A DNA stretch of 64,000 bases, taken from the human T2T-CHM13v2.0 reference genome, Homo sapiens. The notes under the pieces were generated by a model. That model had not been told where the DNA came from. It made no database searches and worked only from the letters and a program-made list of their open reading frames with translations. The stretch is taken from NCBI RefSeq assembly GCF_009914755.1, contig NC_060926.1, one strand, 5' to 3'. Shown one piece after another: positions 26,886-39,865 of the stretch (position 1 is the stretch's first letter; each line of letters opens with the position of its first letter). The position numbers were made by a program, and so were the translations under genes.

Positions 26886-26942
26886 AAGTTACTATAAATC
26901 ACTGATATCAAAGCCCTTTGCAAGTAAAGTGCATAGAGGTAG

Positions 26943-27301
26943 TGTATTAATCCGTTTTCATGCTGCTGATAAAGATATACCCAAGACTGGGCAATTTACA
27001 AAAGAAAGAAGTTTAATGGACTCACAGTTCCACATGGCTGGAGAGTCCTCACAATCATGGCAGAAGGTGAAAGGCATGACTCACATGGTGGCAGACAAGA
27101 GAAGAGAGCTTGTGCAGGGAAACTCCCCTTTGTAAAACCATTAGATCTTGTGAGACCCATTCATTATCATGAGAAGAGCACAGGAAAGAGCTGCCCCCAT
27201 GATTCAATCATCTCCCACCACCAGGTCCCTCCCACAACACGTGGGAATTATGGGAGCTACAGGATGAGATTCTGGTGGGGACACAGAGCCAAACCATATC
27301 A
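26943..27301 (-). mobile_element. THE1C-like solo LTR
   Basis: tgtattaatccgttttcatgctgctgataaaga...ggggacacagagccaaaccatatca; perfect 5-bp TSD ggtag. Confidence 0.92.
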
Positions 27302-28019
27302 GGTAGGGAAGGGCAATGGGTGCTAGGAGGAGGAGTGTCATGCCAGAGGAATGAAGAACAGAAGGAAGTACAGAGGGCATTGAAAGCCAGTGGAGCTCTT
27401 CAAGCATTTACTGAGCATGGATTCTGAGGCACTCATAATATCACGCTGCAGAGAAAAATAATGCTAGTCTCTATTCCTAGGAAACAATGGGTATCACAAA
27501 GGAAAATGCATGTAAGACAATTAATAGATTTCAGAAGAAATAACAGTACATCAATCAGTGTAGCAAATGTGTAAAAGAGTTTTAAGCAGGGAGAGATTAA
27601 TATTCCCAAACTCCAGACTTAACAAAAATGTGCTCCATTTCCTCACAGCACTGCTGCATGAATGACTGTAGTCAAATAGTTCTATTCTTTTATAAAACAA
27701 TTATATTTTAGCAGGAGATAATGAAGCTTCAATCAGTACTGTCAATAATAAGGATACCTCTAGATAGATAGATTAGTTCAAAAGAGGGACAAACTCCCAG
27801 TACTCCTAGTACCAGTGTATTTATACAACTCTATATCTTATTTAATCATAAGGCTAAACCTGATTAAATCTGGAATCACCTGAAACATGTAAAGACATAC
27901 AGATTTTTTTTAAAAAAGGATTGGACATTGATGGGAAACCTATGTATTAAGTAATCATTTAGTAGAAACCTATGTATTAAGCCTTAAATAAAAGACATCA
28001 GAATAAGAAGAAATACAAT

Positions 28020-28438
28020 AAAACAGAAAAAGCAGATGAGAAAGGGAAAGAGGAAGAAATGAGAGAAGGAAGGAAGGAAGGAAAGAAGGAAGGAAGGAAA
28101 GAAGGAAGGAAGGAAAGAAGGAAGGAAGGAGGAAGGAAGGAAATTAGGGAGGGAGGGAGGGAGAGATTGAGAGAGAGAGAGAGGAGAGAAAGGGAAAGTA
28201 AGAGACAGAAAGAAAAAAAGAAAGAGAAAGAAGGAAATTAAAAGAAAGAGAAAGGAAGGAAGCAAGGAAGGAAGAAAATTAGGGAGGGAGGGAGGGAGAG
28301 ATAGAGATGAGAGAAAGATAAAGTAAGGGAAAGTAAAAGAAAGAAAGAAAGAGGAAGGAAGGAAGGAAAGAGAAAGAAAAGAGAAAATACAGAAGAGCTA
28401 AACGTAGAAAGGAAGGGAAAATAAGAAAAGAGAAGAGG
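28020..28438 (+). repeat. Polypurine (GGAA/GGGA/GA/GAAA) low-complexity tract
   Basis: About 420 bp that is almost entirely A/G. Confidence 0.95.
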
Positions 28439-28497
28439 TCTGTGGAAAATAAAGTAACAAGTGACCTATTCAGCACTTAACTTATTGACAATTGCAT

Positions 28498-28940
28498 TCT
28501 ATTAATCATATCTTATTGTGTAACAAACTGCCCCAAAACTCAATGTCTTAAAATATCAAGTTGCTATTTTCTTTTTTATTCGTGGATCTGTGAGTCAGTA
28601 AGGACAGCTCTGATTTAGACTGTAGGTCAGCAAGGCTTGGAGCAGAGTAGAGCTCAAGGTCATTTATTGCAGAGTTGGCTAAAAGATCAACAGCTGCTTG
28701 AGGCATGTTTTTCTGTGACAAATCATGAAAGCAAAAAATTCAAGCCAATGCTTCTCTGGTACAAATGGCCAAGTGCACCTAATGCTTCTACTCACATCAC
28801 ATCTGCTAAAATTCCACTGGCTAGAACAAGTCACACGGCAAAGCCCAACCTTAATGCGTGTGAGAAGTATTCTCTACCCACAGTGGGAGGGGTAGTGGGG
28901 TGGCAGCGGTGGGTGGTTTAAAAGCATTCAAACCACTACA
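28498..28940 (-). mobile_element. Old MLT1 (G/H/I-type) LTR
   Basis: gtgtaacaaactgccccaaaactcaatgtcttaaaa...catctgctaaaattccactggctagaacaagtcacacggcaaagcccaa. Confidence 0.7.
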
Positions 28941-29270
28941 ATGAGCACTGCTTCCCTCTGGAAATAGGCAGAAATGAGGATCTCACTAAGGGGTATTCTA
29001 AGCAGCAAAAAAAACTTCCAAGAAGTCTATATTACACTTTACTTAATGTGAAAGTTTTAGAAATACACTCAGAAACTATTTTCTCTCTCTTTGTGCATTT
29101 CTTTATGAGCTGATCTCTAAAGCCTTGCAGATTATAAGCAGGAATTCAGTGAGAAATAGGCATGCTCTAGAAAATAAACTAGAAGCCACAGAAATGACTG
29201 ACCCTTACTCCCATACTCTCCTTAGAACGTCCTGACACTTTCATACAAACACAAATGGCCAAAATACGTA

Positions 29271-30302
29271 CAGGCATAACTCGCTTTATTGGGCTTCACT
29301 TTGTTGTCATTTGCAGATACTGCGTTTTTTACAAATTGAAGGATTGTGGCAACCCTTCATTGAACAAGTCTATGGGCACCATTTTTCCAACATCATGTGC
29401 TTATTTCCAGTCTGTGTGCCACATTTTGGTAATTCTCACAATAATTCTAACTTTTATTATTATCATTATCAGATGTCTTATGATGATCTTTGATCAGTGA
29501 CTCTTGATGTTACTATTGTAATTCTTTTGGGGCAGCATGAATCGAACCCATATAAGATGGCAAATGTGACTGATAAATATTATCAGTCACATTTTGATTT
29601 CCCACTAACTGGCCAAACTTCACATCTCTTTCCCTCTCCTTAGGGCTCCCTAGTCTGAGACAAAATAATATTGAAATTAGACCAATTAATAACCTTACAA
29701 TAGCTATTAAGTGTTCACATGAAAGAGTCACACGTCTTCCACTTTAAATCAAAAGTCAGAAATGGTCAAGTTTAGTGAGGAAGGTATGTCAAAAGGTGAA
29801 AGAAGCCAAAAGCTAAGCCATTTGCACCAAATAGTTAGCCAAGTTGCTGAATGCAAAGGAAAAGTTCTTGATGAAAAGTGAAAGTGCTGCTTCAGTGAAC
29901 ACAGGAAGGATAAGAGCAAAACAGTCTTATTTGCTGATATGACAGAAGTTTTATTGGTCTGGATAGAAGACTAAACCAACCGCAATATTCCCATAAGTCA
30001 AAACCTAATCCAGAGCAAGGCTCTCAACATTGAGGCGAGACCCTTCACCAGCAAAAAAGATTACAGTTGTGAAGGTGCAAATCATCATTGCATTTTTTTA
30101 AGCAATAATGTATTTTAATGTAAGGTATGTGTATATTTTTAAGGCATAATGCCATTGCATACTAAATAGACAACAGTACCGTGTAAACGTAACTTTTATA
30201 TGCACTGGGAAACCAAAAAAATTGTGTGACTCAGTTTATTGTGATACTTGCTGCATTGTGGTGGTCTAGAACTGAACCCACAGTATCTCTGAGGGATGTC
30301 TG
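29271..30302 (+). mobile_element. Tigger1 DNA transposon, internally deleted, both ends present
   Basis: TA|caggcataactcg...ttttttacaaattgaagg 5' end; degraded transposase 5' part; ...atctctgagggatgtctg|TA 3' end. Confidence 0.93.
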
Positions 30303-31117
30303 TACCTTGAAATAAACTCAGTGTCACACAAAATTCTTATTTTCTTAGTAACACCATAAGCTATAGACTCAATATAACTTTGACTTAATGTCTTCTCTGT
30401 CACAAAATTTTAAACCCTACTCTATGCAATGAAATTATGTGAAAAAAGGAAACTCTCATGCAAACGCATCCTCTTCACTGAATGCCTCCTGCACCCTTCC
30501 CGCTCACACCCTTCTTTCCCCTAAGATGATAACTTAATGTGCATCCTTCAGGCTGTCAGCCTGCACGTTCTTATACACTTCACTCTCTTCTCCTTTTTTC
30601 ACCATTTGCCTTTAAAAATGTTGTCTTCCAACTTCAAAAGAAAAAATAATCCTTTGAAATGCATGCCCTCGCCCTCTTTGCTTCTTCTTGTTCCAGGATC
30701 ACTACCTTGCAATAAACTCCTCTGAACTCACTGCCAACTAAGACACGTGGGCCATTTCTTCTCTTTTCCTTCCATCCTTCAGAACTGATTCACTGATAGA
30801 ATACGTATGTATCACTCCTACAAATATTTACAAAGAAATGAAACATCGCAATCTTTCTGGGTTCTCATCAAATTATTACTTTTTTTTTCTGTTTTTTGAT
30901 TGCATGTTAATTATTGTTTTGTCCCTAGTAAACATCTCACTTCTTCCTTCCTTCTGTGGATTGGTTCCATGATCTTTCTCACTTTAACCATATAGGTAGC
31001 CTCATTTTCATGAACTTTCTCTCTCTCCAGCAAACTCAAAGGCAAAATCCAAGTTCAGAATAAGTGCAAACACCTCTTTTCTCTACACCTATATCTAGGT
31101 TATAAAAACTTCTGGAA

Positions 31118-31414
31118 GGCCCGGCGCAGTGGCTCATGCCTGTAATCCCAGCACTTTGGGAGGCTCAGGCGGGCAGATCACGAAGTCAGGAGATCGAGAC
31201 CATCCTGGCTAACACGGTGAAACCCTGTCTCTACTAAAAATACAAAAAATTAGCCGGGCGTGGGCGCCTGTAGTCCCAGCTACTCTGGAGGCTGAGGCAG
31301 GAGAATGGCGTCAACCTGGGAGGCGGAGCTTGTAGTGAGTCGAGATCGCGCTACTGCACTCCAGCCTGCAGCCTGGGCGACAGAGTGAGACTGTCTCAAA
31401 CAAACAAACAAAAA
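31118..31414 (+). mobile_element. AluY
   Basis: gatcgagaccatcctggctaacacgg, gagaatggcgt, ggagcttg; (CAAA)n tail; TSD core cttctggaa. Confidence 0.95.
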
Positions 31415-31749
31415 TCCTTCTGGAAAAATCAAAAAAGTCTTTGAAATTAGTGCCATTATAGATTTATGGCAGAAGAATATAAGAAAGGCTCTGGAGCTGC
31501 AGTATGAACTGATTGCAATGTTTCCTGCTCTCTACCGACCTCTGGGGACAGAGGCTGCTGTGTCTCCTGAAGCCTTGGCAACACAGTCCCCTAAGACATC
31601 TCAGCAGATGAGCCTCAGTGAATAACAAGTGAAAACAATATGACACTAAAGAAAAGCCAACAGTCAGAGACAGTGGATGCAACACTTAGAACTAGTGCTG
31701 TAATAAGATCACTTAGGAAAATTTAACTGGTGTATATACCAAATAAAGC

Positions 31750-32450
31750 ACCTTTGACACAAAACAAATACAATTTGCTGATATAATGTCAATAGACACG
31801 TTGAAGGAGAGTACGGTTGGTCACTTGAAAAGGTTTGAATTAATGGACTTGGTTATGAAATAAAAGAAATAGCTAAAATGAGAAAGTAAAATTCAATGAG
31901 ATGAAGAATAAAATGATATATTTTTAGCATAGATTCAGTAGACGTAACACAAATACTAGCAGCACACAAAATACACATTTTAACTTATGGAAGAAAGATA
32001 GTAAATAATAATGTAACTGAATTAATTTTTCCTAAGATCTGAATCAGGATATTGAGAGATCCCATTAAGTCTAAGCAGGATTGCTAAGAAAGAGTAAATA
32101 TCTAGACTTATGATGGTAAATTTCCTGAATTACAACAAAGAATAAAATTCTAAAATCTTTAAACGAATAAAAATGTTTACCAAAAAACAAAAAAAAATCT
32201 GACTAGTGTTTTCATTTCTTATGGACTTCTCATAGAAATCAGAATAGAGAACTATAGAATTGAAGAGGAAATGACTTCAACCAGTGTCCGAAACCCAGTC
32301 AAGATAGCATTAACTTGTCTTAGTGGAAAAAAAAAAAAGTTACTATGCAAAGATTGTTAGAATATATTATCCATAACACATATTTTAAGAAAAAAAATCT
32401 TCATAAGGCTCTTGCCAGACAACAAGTGAATCAGGATTCAAGGTAGTAGA
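31750..32450 (+). mobile_element. Ancient L1ME/HAL1-like ORF1 remnant
   Basis: Degenerate motifs tctagacttatgatggtaaatttcctgaa, aaaattctaaaatcttt and gaggaaatgacttcaacc. Confidence 0.45.
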
Positions 32451-32954
32451 AAAAGAGGAGACGAAACATTCATGATCAATAAATTTAGCAAAACATGTGT
32501 ATTCATCTGTTTGTGTATTATATATAATAGTTATATATACACATGTGTACATACATGTATATAAACATGTATACAAAATATTAATAGATGATTTTATATA
32601 CCACTAAATAATTGCTATACAATTGATAAATAAATTAGGAGATATTTATATTTTAAGTTCAGGAGCAGGCATTTTGTGAAACTTCTTCACTGATATATCC
32701 TCATCACTTAGTACCTAACAGCACATGATAGGTGCTTAATAAATACTATGTATTAATTCTATTAGTAGTCTGGTTCATATCAGCAAAACCAAAATATATA
32801 ATGATGATAAAACATTACAAAAATCTAATTTGGAGTAGATGGCCTCAATTATCGGTTTTGATTGTCCACACTGCCCTGCTTACTATGGCTTTATTCTGTT
32901 CCCAATGTAGGTCCCTTAATAATATAAGGGATGATTCGTCTGGAAGGTAAGACT

Positions 32955-33665
32955 GTTACAAATGTATATGTGTGTCTAATGACAGAGTTCCTAAATACAT
33001 AAAGCAAAAATGGACTGTTTTAAAGAGTGAAGTAAAAAATTCCACAATCAGAAAGAGATTTTATTACTTTAAGCAATTGTTCAAACAACTAGATTAAAAA
33101 AAACAGAAGATTTGAACAAAACTATCAACAACCTTAATCTAATTGATAGATGTAGATTATCTGCCACAACAGCAAAATACACATTTTTCAATTGCATATG
33201 GTACATTCACCAAGATAGATCAATTACTAGCCCAGAAAAAAAAGTCAGTAAATTTCAAATGAATGGAAATACAGAGGACATATTCACTGACCTTAGTGGA
33301 ACTAAATTATCAATTAATTTCAATAAGCCATGTAGTAGAACTGCAAATATGTGGAAATTAAACTACACATTGTAAGGAAGTCATGAGTCAAAAAATACAA
33401 CGGTAATTAGAAATATTTCTAACTGAATACAAACAAAACAGAACACAAATTATCTGTGGAACTGTAGCTTTATAATATTAAAAAGAAAAGAGTATGTCTT
33501 TTTATTTCTTAAGCTATAAAAGACCTAAGATTTTACATTTTATAGAAAAAAAAGTGAAAAAGTAAAGTGAATATAAGGTAAATGAAGCCAAGATAAGTGA
33601 AAGACAGGAAATAATAAGACTGAAAATCAAAAATAGAAAGAAAAGACTCAGAATTTAAAATGTCA
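32955..33665 (+). mobile_element. Old L1M ORF2 (endonuclease region) fragment
   Basis: gaagatttgaacaaaactatcaacaacctt...aacagcaaaatacacattttt...gtacattcaccaagataga...tgtggaaattaaac. Confidence 0.8.
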
Positions 33666-33679
33666 GAAAAACAACAGAA

Positions 33680-33848
33680 ATTAGGAGAGAGGACTGGAGC
33701 AGTTTTTCTCACACATCCTTCAGAAGAAACCAAAGTTGCTGACATCTACATTTGGAACTCCCAGCCTCCAGAACTGAGAGAATAAATTTGTTCTTCAAGC
33801 CACGCAGTTCGTGGTACTTTGTTACAGCAGCCCTAACAAACAAATACA
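33680..33848 (+). mobile_element. MLT1C-like LTR 3' part
   Basis: cagcctccagaactgagagaataaatt...gtggtactttgttacagcagccctaacaaacaaataca. Confidence 0.8.
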
Positions 33849-34944
33849 CCTGAAATCAAGCTTTACTGTGAAGTTCAAGAATACAGGCATGTAAAGTCTC
33901 AGGTAAAACAGAGAGATCTGAGACACCCCGCTGGGCTCCGCAGGCCCTTGTTTCTCCTGCCAGATACTTACTCTCCATCTCAGAATAACAGATGAAATCT
34001 CAAAGTGGAGTTTTGCAGGTTATTATCTCACACAGCAGGGAAAATTTCAGTTATGAATGTCTTCATTTTATACTGCACAGAATTATAGAGCTTCTGCGAC
34101 AATTTTCAAGGAATGCACCTCATTGCGTTTGAATTTATTTACTGTAAGTGAACCTTACTTAAGGACATTCTATAGAAAAGAACTCTTTCTCTTAACAAAT
34201 ATCACTCTTAATTTAAGTGGAGTTTCAATTGGCAAGGAGGTTAGATGGATCACTTGCCTTCTCTCCCCTAAGGATGCGTCCCACAGAGAGATTAAATGCA
34301 GGGAAGACCCTCTGCTCTCCTAGTGCCTCTCCCTGTGTGTGCTGTTGCCTGTGTGTGCTGTTGCGTTTTCTTTTCTTATTTAGCTCCTGTCCTTAGAAGT
34401 TGGGGTTCCTGGGGCTTCTTGCATTTTGATTGTTTTCTGTCCTTTTTATTTCAAGCAAGTGGTGCTTCAGCTACTACATTTCTCTTAAATTGCCAATTTT
34501 TATGAATTATAATGCTGTTGGCTTGATTAAACAGAGATTCATATACAGTTCTCTGAGACGAACATCTCTATACCTTGGGCTGAGATTAAAGCCATTTTAG
34601 GACAACGCCTTTATGATACCAAAAGCATTTTGTCAAATTGAAAGAGTCTACAAGACATTCCTTTAAGCTTCTTAGAAGTCCTATTCCCTAGGAGAGAAGT
34701 TTTAAAAGCCATGACCTTCAACACCTTAGAAACTGTACTAGGTATGTGGTGTCAACACAATGTGTTACAGAAGCTTTTTAAGATTATGTTTTACTAGGTA
34801 ACGTCATAGATTTCATAGTTCTTATGGGATTCATTACCATGAGAGTTTTTTTCCAGAAGATACTAGAGATGAGAAACAATTTTAGTTTTGAATGCATCTT
34901 ATCCTAAATGCTTTATATTTTCTAAAAATTATACTTTAAAGGTG

Positions 34945-35490
34945 AACAGTTCCTTTTTTAGTTCATCTCTCTATTATTGCATAGGAAGTTAGAAGTTACC
35001 TGTGAGCCTTTTCAACATTATTCCTGGAAATCTCAGATTTGCAATATAATTTGATAGCGTTTTTATTTTCCATTTCATTGTAGGCATTTTTTTCTCAAAC
35101 TTTCCACTGCCATATTATATGTGTCACCTTTTCCCCAATGTCCAATAAAAATTGTCTTCTTGCCTTCCAGTTTCTACTAACGGGAACTTTAGGGCCCTTC
35201 CAGTTTCCCAGTTTTCAATAAGAGTCGCCTCAAGATCCTTCAAGATTCTGCCTACCTCCAAGTCCCAAAACCAATGCCTCATATTTAGGTTTTCAATACT
35301 GCAGCATCTCACTTCCAGGAATCAGTTTCTAACCCAGGTACCTATTCATGCTGTAAACCCACACATAAACTTAGAATAAATCTTTACTTTATGAAGTTCA
35401 TAGGTCTAACAGGAATTCACAAAGGATACAGTGGTGACTTCTCATGTCTGCTTCCTAGTCACTGGAACTCAGCTGGGATAGCCCCACGGC
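34945..35490 (-). mobile_element. MLT1 internal (MLT-int) remnant with adjoining LTR fragment
   Basis: aagtcccaaaaccaatgcctcatatttaggtttt...cagcatctcacttccaggaatcagtttct, then LTR-like caggaattc...ctcagctggga. Confidence 0.55.
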
Positions 35491-36202
35491 AGGAAAACAA
35501 TACAGCCGTGCTTTTAAAATAATAAATGCATATACCTTCTATGCAAAATTTGCTGGGAATCTGTTTGCTAAATCAGTCTGGAACACAAAGATATGTTTAT
35601 AGGGAATTTTAAGGGAAATACCATAACAAAATTAATGCTGGTTGAATATACTATCTTAGATCTAAAAATAGACTCTATCTTGCAGATATTAAATAGCATA
35701 TTGTGGAACTGCAACTGTCCCAGGAGTCTCGGAGAAATTTTCATGAGATAATATGGAGTAAAAAAACATTGATATATAGAGAACTATATTAAATTTAAAT
35801 AAATTTTCTTCAGCATACTACAAAGAATGCCATATATATATATATGAAAACTTTATATATGCAAACTTATGTTTTATGAACAGGTAACGGGTGTCAGGTT
35901 TTTTACATGTGTAAGACGTGAAGGCAGTTATTCCATGAGTGATGGGGAAGAGAGGAAAGAATGAGACCAGCAAAAGATAAAAAGGTAAAACCAAAAAAGG
36001 AATGCACTAAACACCCTAATCACATACAAAGCACTTATATTATATAATCACATATAAGCTTGCATATATTTAAACACAATGAAATCAGGAGAAAACGTAT
36101 ATTTATACCCTTGTATGTTCACTATTTATTATTTAAAAAAATAAATATCCACTTTTATTATTGTCTGTGAAAAAAATCCCAAGTGTGTGTATACAAACGC
36201 AA

Positions 36203-36204
<2 letters not shown>

Positions 36205-36236
<32 letters not shown>
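36205..36236. repeat. (AC)16 microsatellite
   Basis: Perfect dinucleotide run. Confidence 0.97.
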
Positions 36237-36238
<2 letters not shown>

Positions 36239-36349
36239 GCTTGTATTCATTTGTACAAGCAAGGATAAATATGCGCAAATTTTGTTGCATGAAGGGAAAA
36301 GCATTAAGGCAGGGAAAGGGTGAAATTTTATAAGTACATATTGGCTAAA

Positions 36350-36985
36350 TTTGTTCTGGGGTGTCTGGAATTGGCTCTCTAATCTGATTAAAGCACTAAT
36401 GACTATTTTTAGTAGTAAAGAGAGTACTGATAATTCATGGAATGAGCTGTTTATATAGATTTACAAAGTATCTGCATTGGATACTCAAGCATTAATAAGA
36501 GTCAAGGAGCTAAGTGACTTATGTATATAATACATTTAAACATTTTTTGTAAAGTATGGAATATAATTGAATTGGTTGGTTGCTCCTAATGTAGTTGGCT
36601 ACAGTGGTGAAAGAAAAGTATGAGCTCAAGGATTTGAATGCTCAGCTAAGGCACTCTATAAAAATGACCTGAGTGCTTCTAGGTGTAAACTAAAAGAAAG
36701 GTTTATCTCCTATAGTGACAGGGCTATAATTGCTGAAAATTAAAAACAGAGCCTTATCCCAAGAGTGACCAAATTATAAAGCAGTTTGAACTTCCGGCTT
36801 CACTGGGTGCCTATTGGTAAAGTAGGAGGACTAGTTCAGAAACATAGGATCCTGTAATTTGAAATGGAGATGTGTGGGAAGACTCTGATGAAGCTGGGGG
36901 ACATTAAGTCCCTAAACTCTGAAGAGTCTTCTTTGCTAGTAGAAGAGGTGTCTCTGACCCCAGTGAAACTGGCCTTTCAACATGC
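36350..36985 (+). mobile_element. ERV-L internal gag remnant
   Basis: tctggaattggctctctaatctgatta...ggttggttgctcctaa...gaaagaaaagtatgagctcaagga...gtgtgggaagactctgatgaagctggggacatt resembles HERV-L gag; frame disrupted. Confidence 0.8.
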
Positions 36986-37072
36986 AGCAAACATCCATCA
37001 CATTTGTCATATTGTATTGCCAAAACACAAGTTACAATTTCCGTCCACACTCATTGTGAGGGTGTCACTCAT

Positions 37073-38471
37073 TTGTAATTTTCATTGTAGACATATTTCA
37101 CCTTCCTGGTTAGCTGTATTTCTAGGTATTTTATTTTTTTGTGGCTATTGTGAATGGCACTGAATCTTTGATTTGGCTTTCTGCTTGGATATTATTGGTG
37201 TATACAAAATGCTACCCATTTTTGTACATTGGTTAAGTATGCTGAAACTTTGCTGCAGTTGTTTATCAGATTTGGGAGCTTTTGGGCAGGGACTATGGGG
37301 TTTTCTAGGTAAAGAATCATATTGTCTGCAAATAGAGATAGTTTCACTTCCTCTCTTTCTATTTGGATGCCTTTCATTTCCTTCCCTTGCCTGATTGCTC
37401 TGGGTAGGACTTCCAGTACTGTGTTGAATAGGAATGGTGTTCTAGTTTTCAAGGGGAATGCATCCAGCTTTTGCCCATTCATTTTGATGTTGGCTGTGGG
37501 TTTCTCATAGATGTCTCTTACTATTTTGAGGTAAGTTCCTTCAATGCTTAGTTTGTTGAGGGTTTTTTTTTTAACATGAAGAGATGTTGAATTTTATTGA
37601 AAGCCTTTTCTGCATCCATTGAGATAATCATATGGTTTATGTTTTTTTGTTCTGTCTATAGGGTGAATTGCACTTATTGATTTGTGTATATTGAACCAAC
37701 CTTGCATCCCAAGCATAAAGCCTACTTGATCATGGTGGATTCTCTTTTCAATGTGCTGTTGGATTCACTTTTCTGGCATTTTGTTGGAGATTTTTGCATC
37801 CATGTTCATCAAGGATATTGGCCTGAAGTTTTTTGTTGTTGTTGTTGTATCTCTGCCAGGTTTTGGTATTAGGATAATGCTGGCCTCATATAATGAATTA
37901 AGGAGGAGTTTCTCCTCCTCAATTTTTTGAAATAGTTTCAGTAGAAATGGTACCTGCTCTTATTTATACATCTGGTAAAATTTGGCTCTGAATCTAACTG
38001 GTCCTGGCCTTTTTCTGGTTAGTAGGCTTATTATTACTGATTCAATTTTGGAACTCATTACTGGTCTACTAAGGGAATCAATTTCTTCCTTGCTCAATCT
38101 TGGGAGGTTATATGTTTCCAGGAACTTTTCCATTTCTTCTAGGTGTTCTAGTTTGTGTCCATAGAGGTGTTTGTAGTAGCCTGTGAGGGTTTTTTTTTTT
38201 TTTTTTAATATATTCCTGTGGGGTCAGTGGTAATTTCCCCTTTGTCATTTCTGATTGTGTTCATTTGGACCTTCTCTCTTTTTCTTTATTAGGCTAGCTA
38301 GCAGTCTGTCAATCTTATTTATTCTTTCAAGTAAAAAACTCCTGGATTAATTGATCTTACATGGTTTTTCGTGTCTCAATATTTTGCAGTTCAGCTCTGA
38401 TTTTCTTTATTTCTTTTCTTTTGCAAGCTTTGGGGTTGCTTTGCTCTTGTTTCTGTGGTTCTTCTAGATGT
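37073..38471 (-). mobile_element. Older primate L1 (L1PA15/16-L1PB-like) ORF2 RT-region fragment
   Basis: Minus-strand ORF 37192-37482 translates to L1 RT motifs ([11 protein letters not shown]...[14 protein letters not shown]); many disruptions. Confidence 0.92.
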
Positions 38472-38506
38472 GTACATAACATTTATTTAAGACTTATGCC
38501 TACTGC

Positions 38507-38710
38507 AGCTGTGCTTCCCAATATGGTAGCCATTAGCTATGTGTAGCTGTATACATTTAAATATAAGCTAACAAAAATAAAATTAAAAATGTAGTTTCTT
38601 ATTAGCCCAAGCCACAAGTGCTCAATAGGTACTGAATAGTAGCTACCATTTTTAGACATCACAGGTACAGGATATTTTCAGCACCACAGAAAGTACTATT
38701 GGACTGTGAT
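38507..38710 (-). mobile_element. MER3 (hAT-Charlie MITE)
   Basis: ccaatatggtagccattagctatgtg...aagtgctcaatag...cacagaaagtactattggac. Confidence 0.75.
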
Positions 38711-39526
38711 ATTCTAGAAAGCATCTCCTTCACTAGAACTAGCATAATGAAAGACTTATATTTAACAAGAATATCTTCATTATCCACTATGAGATAAATG
38801 CCGTGAATTTAAATTTCATTTCTGTGATCAACTTCAAAGTCACAGTTTGCTTGCATTTTACATTCTTCAAGCATTTGATGTGAAAACAAAAATATATAAA
38901 TAAAACATTCCTAAATTGTTACTTCAGAATATCTTTATTTCAAAAGTTGGTATTTTATCCTTGAAAATAACATGGTAAAAAAATGAAGAGGATGAGCACA
39001 GATCATTTTTAGCACTACATTTTTCATTTTCTTTCTAAACTGGCTTTGCTTAAGACAGAAATACGGTGCTGTTCTAATGTCAAGCAAATCCCCATTTAAA
39101 CACACTGGCTTGAGCATTGATAGGTAGACGTGTCTAAAGTACCTGATTATTTCTGTATAAAGTCTGTGAAATAAGTATTGGTCTGGTATTGTAATCATCT
39201 CCTCACGATTAGAGTTCAGAGTGTCTAAAATAAGTTTTTGTAAACAGTAAAGCATAGACACTACTCACACATCAACTTACACAGAGTGGTTCTTATGTGT
39301 ATTTTGGAAATCATCTTTGTGCCATAGCATAAATTAAAACTACCTTCTAGTGTCTAGTACATTCCATGCAAAACCTCAAAAAAAATTCTTAGGTGTTCCC
39401 TCTATTTATGCTAACAGCAATACAAGTCTACTCTAGTGGTTAAGAGCATGACAAGTCACTTCCTTGCCACTTACTACCTGTGTGGGCATGAGCATGAGAC
39501 TTAACTTCTCTATAAAACAGGGATGA

Positions 39527-39865
<339 letters not shown>

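Noticed and set aside
27984-28476. F/L/S-rich and R/E/K-rich ORFs
   Set aside because: Artefacts of the polypurine low-complexity tract.
31118-31414. Alu with a 7-bp duplication as AluYb8
   Set aside because: The duplicated heptamer is cagcctg, not gcagtcc, and the other Yb8 diagnostics are absent.
36350-36985. Domesticated ERV-L gag gene (Fv1-like)
   Set aside because: No long open frame; only a short partial ORF remains.
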